Source of the DNA: Blepharisma stoltei ATCC 30299
Taxonomy: Eukaryota > Protista > Ciliophora
NCBI GenBank assembly: GCA_965603825.1
Contig: CBFDEM010000045.1
Span: 310,001 to 374,000 of the forward strand
Reading direction: 5' to 3'
DNA: 64,000 bases
The position numbers and the translations under genes were made by a program. The notes beneath the pieces are model-generated. The model was not told where the DNA came from. It did no database searches and saw nothing but the letters and a program-made list of their open reading frames with translations. Below, in pieces: positions 12,900 through 23,790 of this stretch; position 1 is the first letter of the stretch; every line of letters begins with the position of its first letter.

Positions 12900-14591
12900 T
12901 TAGCTTACATTGATATCTTCCACTTTTGGAGCTTCCTCCTTTTTCTCGTTTTCAAAGCTTTTCTTGATTTTTGTAATGGCAGAATAGCTGATGGGATTGT
13001 TCCCATAGTGGTCAAACAAAGGAGCAAACTGCTTTTGGGTGTGTAAATCTTGATATTCAAGGAGAGGCTTGTAGAACTTGAAAGTATGGATAAAGGTATT
13101 ATAAATCTTAATTTGCTGCTGAGCTACAGATCGGAAAGAATGGAATATGTGAACCATCAATTTTTCTCTATCAAAATGCAATTTGTCCCTTAGAGCTCTT
13201 TTGAACATTGAAAAGATATACTCGATAGGCTGGATCTGAGGAGTCATAGGAGCATTGCAGAGCACAGTGATTCCTTCTAGCTCGATCCAATCTTTGACCA
13301 TTTTTCTCTTGTGTGCTCCTGCGTTGTCCATAAAAATGAAAAACCTTTCTTTATAGTTTAGGGGGTCAATTTCTTTGAGCTTGTCTACAACTTGCATTAA
13401 GAAATACTTGTAAGGATATCCTTTGATTCTTTCATTTCTGAGCATATAGCCTAGAAGTCTGTCCTGGGTAATAGCGCATATAATATGAATAGGCTTGCCG
13501 ATTCTTCCTGACTGGACTATAGCTGTTTCTCCTTCTTTTGCCCACCCATAGCTTTTAAGCAAGCTTCTATTGCATTGAGTTTCATCAACAGAAACAATTT
13601 CTTTATGCTGCCAATGCAGGTCAATAAGCGCTTTTACAACTTTAACTCTGGAGTTCTTATGGGGGATATTATTTGCTTCAGGGACAAGTGGTTTAGTAAG
13701 CTTCCTTGTATAGCCGTTCTTTATGAAAATTTTTTTAATGGTTTCGGCTGTCACTTCTTGTTTAGTCTGCTGCTTTATCATAATAGCACGATCATGGAGA
13801 GAACAAGTCCTAAACCTTGGATCTTCAGCTTGCTCAATAACAAGTCTTTCTAATTGTGTTGGAATAGCCAGCTTGGGTTTAAGGGGGAATAAATCTTCGA
13901 AAAATCCTGGTCCTTTTCTGCTAAAAATATTAACAATTCTCCACAGGACACTTTTTGGAGCTGATGATCTCAATTTTCTATAGATAGCGTAAACATTATA
14001 TCTCAGATAGTTTAAGTAAAGAACACGATGGACAAGCCTTGGGTCAAGCGATAAAATAAATTCTTTTTCATTTTCTATTCTGGCAGCTCTGGTAAGTTTG
14101 TTTTCTTGCTCTGATTTTTTTATAACAAAATCTAAAATTTCATTTTTAAATTCGGACTGTGAGAGAACTGGCCAAATTTGTTCCATAAAGTCTTTGGACT
14201 TTTCGTCAATTTTGACAGTGGCATTGGTAGGAGGATTTGATTTGAACTGCTCCATAAGGACTTGGACTCTCTGCTCTAAAAATCTGGCTTCAGCAGGATC
14301 CATTGGCTCTTCAGGCATATCAGCGTTGTTTCTTATATGAGAAGTGGTGAAATCGAGCCAATAAGTATAAATATGCCTTGGAGGCAAGTTGGTGCCATCT
14401 TCATCTTGACTTGGTACAACAATTCTTGTGGGTGTTGAGAGCTTAATAATTTCATCTTCAGTGAGATCTTGCTGCGGATCTATCAAAGGAGATGACCAAA
14501 TTATAGGTGAGTCTCTGTCGTCGAGGGTCTTTTTCATGCCTGATGCATCTGTAACGACTTTGCTTGCTGCTTTATGATGGTGCTTGACCAT
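12900..14591 (-). CDS. IS630/Tc1-mariner family (DDE_3) transposase-like protein, DD34E, probably domesticated
   Basis: VSVDETQC (D at 13584-13586), FMDNAGAHK (D at 13326-13328), PMTPQIQPIE (E at 13221-13223), with 34 residues between D2 and E. HTH-like segment VTAETIKKIFIKNGYTRK upstream. No TIRs seen. Confidence 0.85.
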   Translation of the reverse strand: MVKHHHKAASKVVTDASGMKKTLDDRDSPIIWSSPLIDPQQDLTEDEIIKLSTPTRIVVPSQDEDGTNLPPRHIYTYWLDFTTSHIRNNADMPEEPMDPAEARFLEQRVQVLMEQFKSNPPTNATVKIDEKSKDFMEQIWPVLSQSEFKNEILDFVIKKSEQENKLTRAARIENEKEFILSLDPRLVHRVLYLNYLRYNVYAIYRKLRSSAPKSVLWRIVNIFSRKGPGFFEDLFPLKPKLAIPTQLERLVIEQAEDPRFRTCSLHDRAIMIKQQTKQEVTAETIKKIFIKNGYTRKLTKPLVPEANNIPHKNSRVKVVKALIDLHWQHKEIVSVDETQCNRSLLKSYGWAKEGETAIVQSGRIGKPIHIICAITQDRLLGYMLRNERIKGYPYKYFLMQVVDKLKEIDPLNYKERFFIFMDNAGAHKRKMVKDWIELEGITVLCNAPMTPQIQPIEYIFSMFKRALRDKLHFDREKLMVHIFHSFRSVAQQQIKIYNTFIHTFKFYKPLLEYQDLHTQKQFAPLFDHYGNNPISYSAITKIKKSFENEKKEEAPKVEDINVS

Positions 14592-14704
14592 AATAATTAT
14601 AAGCCCCCTTAAAAATTTCTAAAATTTTTGCTTTAACCCAAAATTTTTTATTTGAAATTTTAAAGTAATATTTTATATTAGAAAATTCCGGAGTTTAAAA
14701 AAAT

Positions 14705-15043
14705 TTAAAATTTACCAGTTGTGATTTTAGACCCTGTTTGAAGCTTTGCTTTTTTCTGAGTTAATTCAGCTGGAATTAATTTTCTTTTAACCGGGAATTT
14801 GCTTATTGGGAAGTTTTCTTTGTTTTTCTGGGCTTCTCCTAAAATTTGTTTTTTGGATTGAATTTTGTTACGAGAGGAAATAGTAGGCTTTAAATAACTG
14901 GGGTTTGGCTTGGAAAATGTGGTTTTTGACTTTTCTTCAAATCACTGTTGAACTTGATCTTGTCTAGCTATTTATTACGTATAAGGAAATTCATCATTCA
15001 ATAAGTCCGCAAATCTAGGCGCGTCAAAATGAAATTCTTTCAT
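14705..15043 (-). CDS. Small TPX2-like protein (Aurora-A-binding N-terminal motif), 107 aa
   Basis: Not in the ORF track. With 15-nt intron 14964-14978 (gtaataaatagctag) and TGA=Trp it reads MKEFHFDAPRFADLLNDEFPYTQDQVQQWFEEK...PSYLKPTISSRNK. Confidence 0.72.
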
Positions 15044-15182
15044 AAATTTATTTTGAATGAAGAAATCCTTATTAAATTATAAAAATATTTTTTATTTAAC
15101 TATGGTTTTTCATCAACTTATAAAATTTTATTTTTATCTATTTAAAGAAAATAATTAAAACATATAATTGCACTGATCACGC

Positions 15183-18100
15183 TTAAGATGAAAAGCCCTT
15201 TAACGACTTAATATACACGATTTCCCATTTGATTTCTCCTTCAATCTCTTCCTCAGCTCTCGGAATATATCCTGGATTCCCCACAATTGCCATAGAGTGC
15301 ATCCTTCCACATGCCAGCATATATACAGGGGAAGAACTTAAAGACTGTATAGGTCTTGGAGCCGGCAAATGCGAGATATCGCCTAGACCGAGCTGGCCTT
15401 CTTTGCATCTTCCCCATGCCCAAGTCATCTTATCATGCTCTCCCGAAGTTGCAATTGTATGGTTCTCTCCACAAACCAGGTAATGAATTGGATAGCCAGA
15501 GAAGCAATCAAGCTTGGTTGGCACTGAAATATCTTTGTGCACTTTATCTTGATTTTCTAGTCCTAGCTGGCCGAAATCATTCATTCCACAAGCTAAAATC
15601 TCATTCTCTTCAGTCAAAAATATCGAAAACAGCCCTCCAGCTGCGATTTCTCTTATTTTTAGTCCTTCTAAAGTGTTGATTTTGAGTGGGGTGTATTGAA
15701 TGCATGAAACGTTTCCAACTTCGTCAAAATCGTCATGTTTAACACCTGTAGCAAGCTGTCCATTGCTTCCCCAGCCCCATCCATAAACTTCATTGTTATC
15801 TGTAAGAGCCAGTGTATGAGCTTCTCCACAAGCGACTTGAATGATCCTTTTATTAGCGAGTTCTCCATATAATCTTCTGGGTGTATGAATAAAAGGGTCT
15901 TCTGAAGCAATTCCAAGGTCTTTCATCACTTTTATTAAATCTTCTTGTTGGAGACCAAGCTGCCCTCCTTCTCCTCTTCCCCAAACATATAAATGTCCTT
16001 CTCTTGATATAGCAATAGTATGAAATGCTCCTACCTCAATGCTGAAAATTTTGGTATTCTTTAAGCTCTGAATCATTTTGGGGTACATTATTAAGTGGGT
16101 ATTCCCATGGCCTAGAACTCCACCATCACCAGAGCCAACAGTATAAACCTTATGATCATTTGACAGAAACACTGTATGCTGATAGCCACATGAAGCTTTT
16201 GTGATATTTGCTATTGTCTTTATATGCACTGGGTATCTTATTATTTTGGGCATGTCTGGACCTAACCCAAGCTGAGCGTATTCATTATTACCCCAGGCAT
16301 AGCAGGACCCATCAAGCGCAATTGCAATACAATGCTCAGCACCTGCAGAGACCTCTTTGATGATTATGTCTTTTAATGATGTCATCATTCTTGGATAAGG
16401 CAAAACCACCTGATCTGCGAACTCGTCTTCAGATATAGCAAGCCCAAGCTGTCCTGCAGAGTCAGTTCCCCACACATAAACTATTCCTCTCATTTCAGCC
16501 ATGTTTAAGGCTCCATATTCTGGCAGAAGGACTTGGGTTAGAGAGCTCTGTTGTATTGCCCTTCGAGTATCTTTATGAGAAGAAGGAGTCGATGTCCCAC
16601 TGGTCAGCTGATTTGCTAAAGAATAATTTGTTGATAGCTGCTGAACCAGGGTATTTTTAACGATGCATTTCGTAAGTAAATTGCTTCATAATTTTCCAGA
16701 CTGATACATTGGCAAGCTGTGCTGGAGCATCCAAGCGAAATAAACTTCTTTTGATTCAGGATATAACGGGTCCATGTCAAGTCTCTGAGGTGACATCATG
16801 CTTCAGTGCTCAAAAGGATGCTTCATCATTATTTCATTTTGCCTTGAAGATCTGCCTTTAAGCACTTTTGATAGCTGCTGCTGAAACTGTTTAGTATTCA
16901 TAAAAACTGCATCAAAATGTTCGTCAGCTGCTTGAGCATCAAAATATCTCCTTTCTTCTCTTGCAATTTGACTCAATTTCCAAGACGCCACAATCTGCCA
17001 TGGGACTCCTATATTTCCTCTTCCTCTGGGATCCCCAAAAAGTTTTGTCATCAGCATAAGAGAAGTGATATAATGCTGCTCAGCCTGGGCCAGGCTTGAC
17101 TGTTCTTGGATAAGTGCATTCCACAAGTAATAAGCAATTACAAGCTCTGGTGGGGTGTAAACTGAAGTGTTAATCAAATTGGCAATTCTTTGTAAATACT
17201 CATTGCATCTGCTTGTGTCCATATCTAGAAAATATCGTTGGGTTATGACATATATTAGAATTTCTATCAGGGCCGTTTCTTCCCCGTCTACTGTTATTAA
17301 ATCTCTAAAGAGTGTTTCTACACAATTGGCCCATTCTTCAAGGATTTGAAGAGAAGGAACGTCATAATTGTCTCTATATAAAGAATTTCCAGGGATATTG
17401 TATAAATCGCAAGGCAGAATTAACTCAAGAGACTGATGCTCTTCTTCTTTGCTTATAAGCTCAACATTGGCTTCACTTACCCAATCTGCAAAAGAGTCAT
17501 TCATCATATCTTTCGAATCATTTCTCTTTGGTCCTCCCCTTTCTAGGAAACTTAGAAGGATTATGTAGTTTTCTTCTCGGAGAGAAATTTGGGTAAAAAT
17601 GGTTAAATGCAAATTTTCTAAGTCAGAAATGTGCAAAACTGGGTCGTTGCATAAAAAAAAGTACCCGTCAGCTCTTGCTTTGTATAAAGTTTCTTCTTTG
17701 ATTGAGACAGAGCAATGATATTGAATGGCATCTAAGAATAGTGCAGGAGACTTTGAAGCTGAGGCTAGCACTTGTTTCAAAATATCATCAGACAAGTAAT
17801 ATTCGAAGCTATTCTTTTTAAGATTTCCAGGCTCTATCAACCTACTCACACTTTTTTCTGATTTCCTCCTTATCTTTCTGGAGTCCTTCATAGATTTAAG
17901 TCTCCCAAGGAACAAAATCAGTGTAAGCTCAAGATTCTGAGGAGTTTTTTGGTTTGGTGCATGAAGTAAAGGTAAAATCGTGTTCAAAATAAGCTCATTA
18001 TATTTAGAAATCGGCATCAATCTTTCTTCAGCCATTTTCTGCCACACTAAATTTTTCACAGCTCTTGCCAAAATGTCAGTTCCTATCAATGCTCTGCTTT

Positions 18101-19730
18101 TCTCATGTCGAGTTTTAGAAAAAACTACCCATTCATAGTACATATTTAAGCCTTTTCTATGGAACAGCTCTTTTAAGGACTCATGGTTTGTATAGTTTTC
18201 GCTGCTTTCGAGAACATGAATTGTATCCCTTACACTTCTTCGTTTAACTCTAGAAATTTCATGCTCATTGACACCAAAAATGGGGAATCGCAAATAAAAA
18301 TTTTCAGACATATGAAAACTGACTACTGCATCTCCATAAATATCTTCACCAAATAGGCTTGCTACAGGATTTCTTCTATTAATAGCAGGATTCTCGTCAA
18401 AAAAAATATAGCAATCCCATCCATATTTAGATATCTTATTCGACATTATTTTGGCATTTGGGTGTTCTGCATCTCCATACATAGCTTTAACTATATGGCT
18501 GATAGGTATAGAATCTGTATATTTTGTATCAAAAATCCTTATTTCAGGTCCTGCACAGCTAAAAAGACAAAGGTAGCTTGGAGTGCTTGCTGTTGGAACT
18601 AGCTTATATAAATCGTAAACTAGCAGGCAGGGCTTTGTTTCTTTATTTTTTTGCTCTTCTGATTCGAATTTCAGCCTGTAGAGCTCTGAGGACGGAATCT
18701 GGAAATTTTGATCCCCAAACAAGTCTACAGTGATGTCTGGCGAAGACCCCAAAAAGTTGGGCGGGTATGAAGGTACTGCAAATAATATAAAAGTCCCAAT
18801 ATTTACATATACAACTAACGGTAATGTTAAGTTGTACCTTGAAATCTGTGATACCCCACAAGCAAGACAAAACAACTTCAAAGCTTTAGCTTCTGACTTA
18901 TAAAGTCTCCCTTCTTCACTTCTTGCATAAACCAGCTTGAATCTGACGTTTTTATACATAAAGCCGTTAAGCCACTCTTTAAATTTCTTCGGGAGTCCTA
19001 AATCTTCTTTCACCCCAGACAGCTCAATAAATTCCTTTCCAAAGTGCCTCGAGCTTTTCCCCAAGTTCACATACAAATAGCTTGCGACGGCCCACACGAA
19101 CCATTTAAAGTGCTGTTCCATCTGCAAAGTTTTCCTCTGTATTGAAACCCCTGATATATCTCCTGCAGCTTGGCTAGATTTATTTAATAAATACATATGC
19201 TCTTTTACTCATTGTCGAGGTGGCAATGAAAGAATTTTTGCACATAAATCAACATGCATTTTCCGATCCCAACTGGTTTTGACTGCTAAGTTGTCACAAT
19301 TGCTTGAAGAAATCGCTGAGTACAAGTTCACGAAGCTGAAGTTGCAGTTCTGCTTCAAAAGACTTTGCCAGTCGTTTAAATGCGATCTTTCGAAATCGCC
19401 TGATTTTAGATCGTGCTCAAAATTATAAAAAGCCATTGGAGGCAGCGGAATGGACCCTACAGGAAAAGTCTCGACTTTTTTAGGAGCAGGCTGAGGTGGG
19501 AATTCAACTTTGGGTGCTTGGTACTTGGGAGAAGCCATAGGAACGCTAGATGCTGGAGGAATTGGCAACGGAGCTGAGGAGGCGACTGATTCGTGAGATG
19601 TGTCAGAAGGTCTTGGCGGAATAGACTGCTTTGATAAGTTATCTGAGGTGTTATTGAATCTCTTATGAGCTTTAATTGGAGTATTGTGCTTGGAAGGCTT
19701 TGTTACGGGTTTTCCACATATGCATCCCAT
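15183..19730 (-). CDS. ~1515-aa N-acylated protein: Clu-like domain, helical region and C-terminal RCC1 repeats
   Basis: Three track ORFs are one frame joined by TGA=Trp. MGCICGK N-terminus; Clu-like LPLVVYVNIGTFILFA and LKELFHRKGLNM...LARAVKN; about 7 RCC1 blades (YxWGxGxxGQLGLG). Confidence 0.8.
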
Positions 19731-19788
19731 TTTAGTTATTTAATAGTCTGATGGAAATTTTATTCAAAAATCAAACAATCATTAATGA

Positions 19789-22209
19789 CTAATAAACACT
19801 GCTCTCGTTCAGGCCATATTTCATAGACCCTTGGGAGTTCTGAGAGCGGGGCAAGCTGAGAGAAGCTTCGTTAAAATCTTCTTGGATGCTATCAAGCTTA
19901 AATCCTCGGGAAGGAAGCTTAGAAGCTCTGGAGGCAGGCTTGGTGTCGTTTTCAAGGTACTTGAAAAGGAGGTCGTCAAGCTTATTCAGCTCGTCTGAAG
20001 CTCCTGATTCGATCTTGTCAAGGGCGCTAAGTCTTTCTTCATTTTTCTTGTTAATATAGTCAAGTCCAAGACTTGAGTTTGCGGTCTGAAAAGCGTCCAT
20101 TGAAATGTTGGCTGGGCCACCTTCTGGAAGTGAAGGGAAAAGGGTGTCAAGTTTGAGAGCTTTTATGTTGTCTGGCTGGGAGCCTGCTGGAGGGATGTTA
20201 GGCTTTGTGGGGAATTTTATGTCTGGGTTAGCCAGAGGAATAAACTTGCTGTCGCTGTTAAGACTTCTTGCTGCGTAGTCTAAAGATAGCGAAGCGTCTC
20301 CTTTTCCAATTGGAGGGTTCAAAGGTAGTGGCTGATATGGAGGAAGCCTTGTATTTGTATCTGGCTTAGGCAGTCTGTTATTTACAATCGCCATGTACAA
20401 TTCTTTTTGTCTTATTTCTTCATCTAAGTGTCTTTGTTTCATCTCTTCTCTCATTCTATCAAGATCTCTCTGGGCCGCATATCTTTGTTCATTAGCAAGC
20501 TGAGCTTCACCTTTAAGTTTGACAATGGCATCTTTCAGCTCATTCTGCTGGTGGCCCATTTCATTCCTGATCTTCCATATTTCATTGTCCATCTGAGACT
20601 GCAGATGCTTTGTTACTTCAATTGGGACTTCGTTTGTGACTCTTTCTATCCTGATCTCTTCTTTTCTAATAGGAGGAGATTTCGGTGGAGATCTTGGAGG
20701 CTCTACAGGTGGCATATCAATTGGTGTCCTTACCCTTCTTTCTCTTTTAGGCGGGGCTGCAACGACTATATTCTGTGCATTCATGGCATTAAATTTTTCT
20801 AAATCTTGTAATTGTTTTTTCTTTTTTTCGCCTTCTCTTAAAAATTCCATTTCAAGCTCTCGACGCTGCTTTTCAAGGCGTTCTTCTTCAAGTCTTTCTT
20901 CCAAAATCTTTTGTCGCCTTTCTTCTTCTTTTTTGCGTCTTCTCTCTTCCATTTGTTCTTGAAGGGCTCTTCCAAGCTCAATTTTTTTGCCTTTTTCTGC
21001 TAGTTTTTCATATTCGACTTGAGATTCAACCATTATTGGGATTGTTGGGTTGGGCTGAGGGATGTCTATAGGCTGGGGAGGAGGATACATTGGTGGTGGA
21101 GGGACTTGTTGGAATGGCATACCTTGTGGAGGATAATCAGGAGGCATACTTGGGACTTGAGAAGCCATAGGAGAATATGATTGAGGTGGTGGAAATTTGG
21201 GCTGATACATGGGCTCTTGATAATAGTCACCTGGAGGAGGCATCCCTGATCGAGGATCATAATATTGATCTTGGTAAGGAGCTCTTGAATTCTGGTAATA
21301 AGGGTCAGTCATCAGCTGCGCTTGAGAAGCAGAAACTTGCATTTGGCCTCTTTGAGAAGGATCAGTTCCAGTCGCTCCAAGCTTTGTATAAAAATCAACA
21401 GGTTTCAAAAACTTAGGATCATTTTCATTATACTTAGGTGGCCTCACAGCTATAATATTCCCAGAAGAGTCTCTAAAAGGAGCTCCTGCCCCAGGCTTCC
21501 CAAAAGGGAAATAATCCGCTTGTTTTTCATCTCCTCCCCCTCCTCTATTCCTTTTTTTCTGAGTTTCCCTTTCCTGCATCTGCCTTTGCAACTCCATTTG
21601 GTATTGCTTTTTCCTATCAATTTCCATTTGCTGTTGTTCAGTTATTTGCATCATTGGGATTTGGCTTCTACTATGAGGTCGGTTTTTTTGGCTTGGGATA
21701 TAACCTTCTTGTGAATAATCATCTTGTCTTCTGGATTTATTAGCAATATCATATTGTACCTGAGCTCGGTATTCTTCTTGCACTTTCCGGCGTCTTTCAT
21801 CTGCTTCACTTATAGGATTCGTAAAAAAACTGTTGCCAGGGGGAGGCTGATTTCTAGACGCATTTTGTTGGGGAGATTGAAACTGATCGAAACTTTGACG
21901 GACTTGGGCTTGCATTGGAGGCAGTGGAGATGGATAGTCATAGCCTTGGGGGTTATAGCTTGGAGGCTCATTTATAGGAGCATATTGGGGGTCAGGAGGC
22001 GCTTGAAATTGTTGGGAGTTTTGAGGGAATTCTTTTGGGGGTGGAAAATTCATGAAAGAGTCTTGTTGAAGACTTAAAGGTTGAGGGGGGACGACAGAAG
22101 ATGGAATTGAAGCAGAGTCTAGCCCTAGCTTTGCTTTCCTTCTTGCTTCCCATCTTTCATCTCGATTATTTCTTCCTTGTTGTGGAGGGTTAGAGAAATC
22201 TTGAAGCAT
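19789..22209 (-). CDS. CSPP1/CCDC66-like centrosomal/ciliary coiled-coil protein
   Basis: YFPFGKPGAGAPFRDSSGNI motif, KKQYQMELQRQM and ALQEQMEERRRKKEEE coiled coils, Pro/Gln-rich linkers. Confidence 0.7.
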   Translation of the reverse strand: MLQDFSNPPQQGRNNRDERWEARRKAKLGLDSASIPSSVVPPQPLSLQQDSFMNFPPPKEFPQNSQQFQAPPDPQYAPINEPPSYNPQGYDYPSPLPPMQAQVRQSFDQFQSPQQNASRNQPPPGNSFFTNPISEADERRRKVQEEYRAQVQYDIANKSRRQDDYSQEGYIPSQKNRPHSRSQIPMMQITEQQQMEIDRKKQYQMELQRQMQERETQKKRNRGGGGDEKQADYFPFGKPGAGAPFRDSSGNIIAVRPPKYNENDPKFLKPVDFYTKLGATGTDPSQRGQMQVSASQAQLMTDPYYQNSRAPYQDQYYDPRSGMPPPGDYYQEPMYQPKFPPPQSYSPMASQVPSMPPDYPPQGMPFQQVPPPPMYPPPQPIDIPQPNPTIPIMVESQVEYEKLAEKGKKIELGRALQEQMEERRRKKEEERRQKILEERLEEERLEKQRRELEMEFLREGEKKKKQLQDLEKFNAMNAQNIVVAAPPKRERRVRTPIDMPPVEPPRSPPKSPPIRKEEIRIERVTNEVPIEVTKHLQSQMDNEIWKIRNEMGHQQNELKDAIVKLKGEAQLANEQRYAAQRDLDRMREEMKQRHLDEEIRQKELYMAIVNNRLPKPDTNTRLPPYQPLPLNPPIGKGDASLSLDYAARSLNSDSKFIPLANPDIKFPTKPNIPPAGSQPDNIKALKLDTLFPSLPEGGPANISMDAFQTANSSLGLDYINKKNEERLSALDKIESGASDELNKLDDLLFKYLENDTKPASRASKLPSRGFKLDSIQEDFNEASLSLPRSQNSQGSMKYGLNESSVY

Positions 22210-22413
22210 TTAATTTATTTTATTATCTTGAAACTGATTCAAAAACATATAAAGTTTAGGATCTGCGTTTTGTTTCAAGGAAAAGCAATTTAGCTGTTAA
22301 GAGTTTTCATCGGTTCGAAAAACCGTTTGAATTTATATTTAAATTTTATATCTGAATAAGAAATTTACTTTTCAGAATGATCTAAAAAGAAAATCAAATA
22401 ATAAAAAATGATT

Positions 22414-23307
22414 TTATATTTCAGCATTCTCGATTTCTTGCTCGATCTCATCAGTTTCTTGATTATTGATATCCTGTGCATTATTCGTATCTTGCACTTC
22501 ATATCTTTCAGCTAAAACCAGCTCATTATTCTCAAATTTCACGAGAGCTGCCAACTTATCATAGTCTTCTCTCATCTTCATAAGTTTTCTTGCTTCTTTA
22601 TATGAGATTTCAAGCGAGTATTTTTCAGGGTCTTCAATGTTGTAAGCCATGATCAATAAGGTCTTTTTATCAGTTCTAATTTCCACTATAAAGTACTTCT
22701 CCTGAATTATTAGCCCTTGTTTATATACCTGTGCTCTATGATCTTCCTGATAAATTGGGTCAAGCTTTCTTGCAGTTCTCCTTGAAAATGAGCCAGTTGA
22801 ATTTAGCCTAGCACTTAAGTTCCTGATCGGCTTACCTTCAACTCCCAAAATATATGGGAACTCGCATATGTTATTCAGGATCTTCTCTGTTTCTTTTCTG
22901 TCGACCTCATATTTGTCAATTCTGTAGGTTGATTCTTTTTTTTGAATTCTTTTCAAGAGGCTTGCATTTTCTGCTATTATTTCTTGCATTCGCCTTTTCC
23001 TCAAATCACTGTTCAAGCTCTTTTTAGCGGAGTTTGATTTCGGGTTCTTATTAGTAGAATGGATCTTGTACATCTTTTCATAAAGAATTCGGTTTTCTCT
23101 CTCAATTTCTGTGAATTTTTCTAAATATCATATACCTTCTAAAAGCTGACTCTTCTTAGTATTTTTACTAACATGCCTATAAGACGGAGGAGGAGTTGAG
23201 CTTAAAGAGGAAGTTGCATGCTTTAATTTTCATTCATGAATTTCCTGAGTCTTAAGTTTAAAACGTTTATCCACAACTTTGTTCCCAACCGGAAGAGCTC
23301 GATACAT
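22414..23307 (-). CDS. CFAP97/KIAA1430 (hemingway) family protein
   Basis: ATG 23307, 15-nt intron 23121-23135, TGA=Trp. Motifs KFTEIERENRILYEKM and SLN..RKRRMQEIIAENASLLKRI. Confidence 0.8.
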
Positions 23308-23358
23308 TTTCTCTTATGAATTATATAGTTAAGTAAAATAAGTAAAATTGTTAATAAA

Positions 23359-23757
23359 ATGGACAGAGAAGAACCAAATACACATGACCAGATCCCAAGA
23401 CCAAAGCCAAGACGAAACTATGGCTTTCTAAGGCAAAAAGATAAAGGTGCCAAGCCACAATCTGAGTTCATTAGAATGAACCAAAGTAACGCAAATCCCC
23501 TAAACTTGCCACCTGGTGCGCTTCCCTTATATTCGCTTGATGAAATACGTGAACACCGCAAGGTCGATGACTGCTGAATGGTATTTGAAAACAAAGTGTA
23601 TGACATCACACAGTATATCCGTTACCACCCTGGAGGGAATAAAATAATGCAAGCTGCAGGAATGGATGGGACAAGGCTTTTCATGGAATACCATCCTTGG
23701 GTAAACTATTCCATTATACTTGGAAAATATCAAATCGGCTATTTACTGCGAAATTAA
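23359..23757 (+). CDS. Cytochrome b5-like heme-binding domain protein
   Basis: DDCW(TGA)MVFENKVYDITQYIRYHPGG...DGTRLFMEYHPWVN...IGYL. Both His heme ligands present. Confidence 0.9.
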
Positions 23758-23790
23758 GCTTAAAACTTTATATATAGTTAATTTAAATAA

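Noticed and set aside
12812-14704. Complete Tc1/IS630 transposon around the transposase
   Set aside because: No inverted repeats found by eye in the 88-bp and 113-bp flanks, and the upstream space is occupied by the TPX2-like gene.
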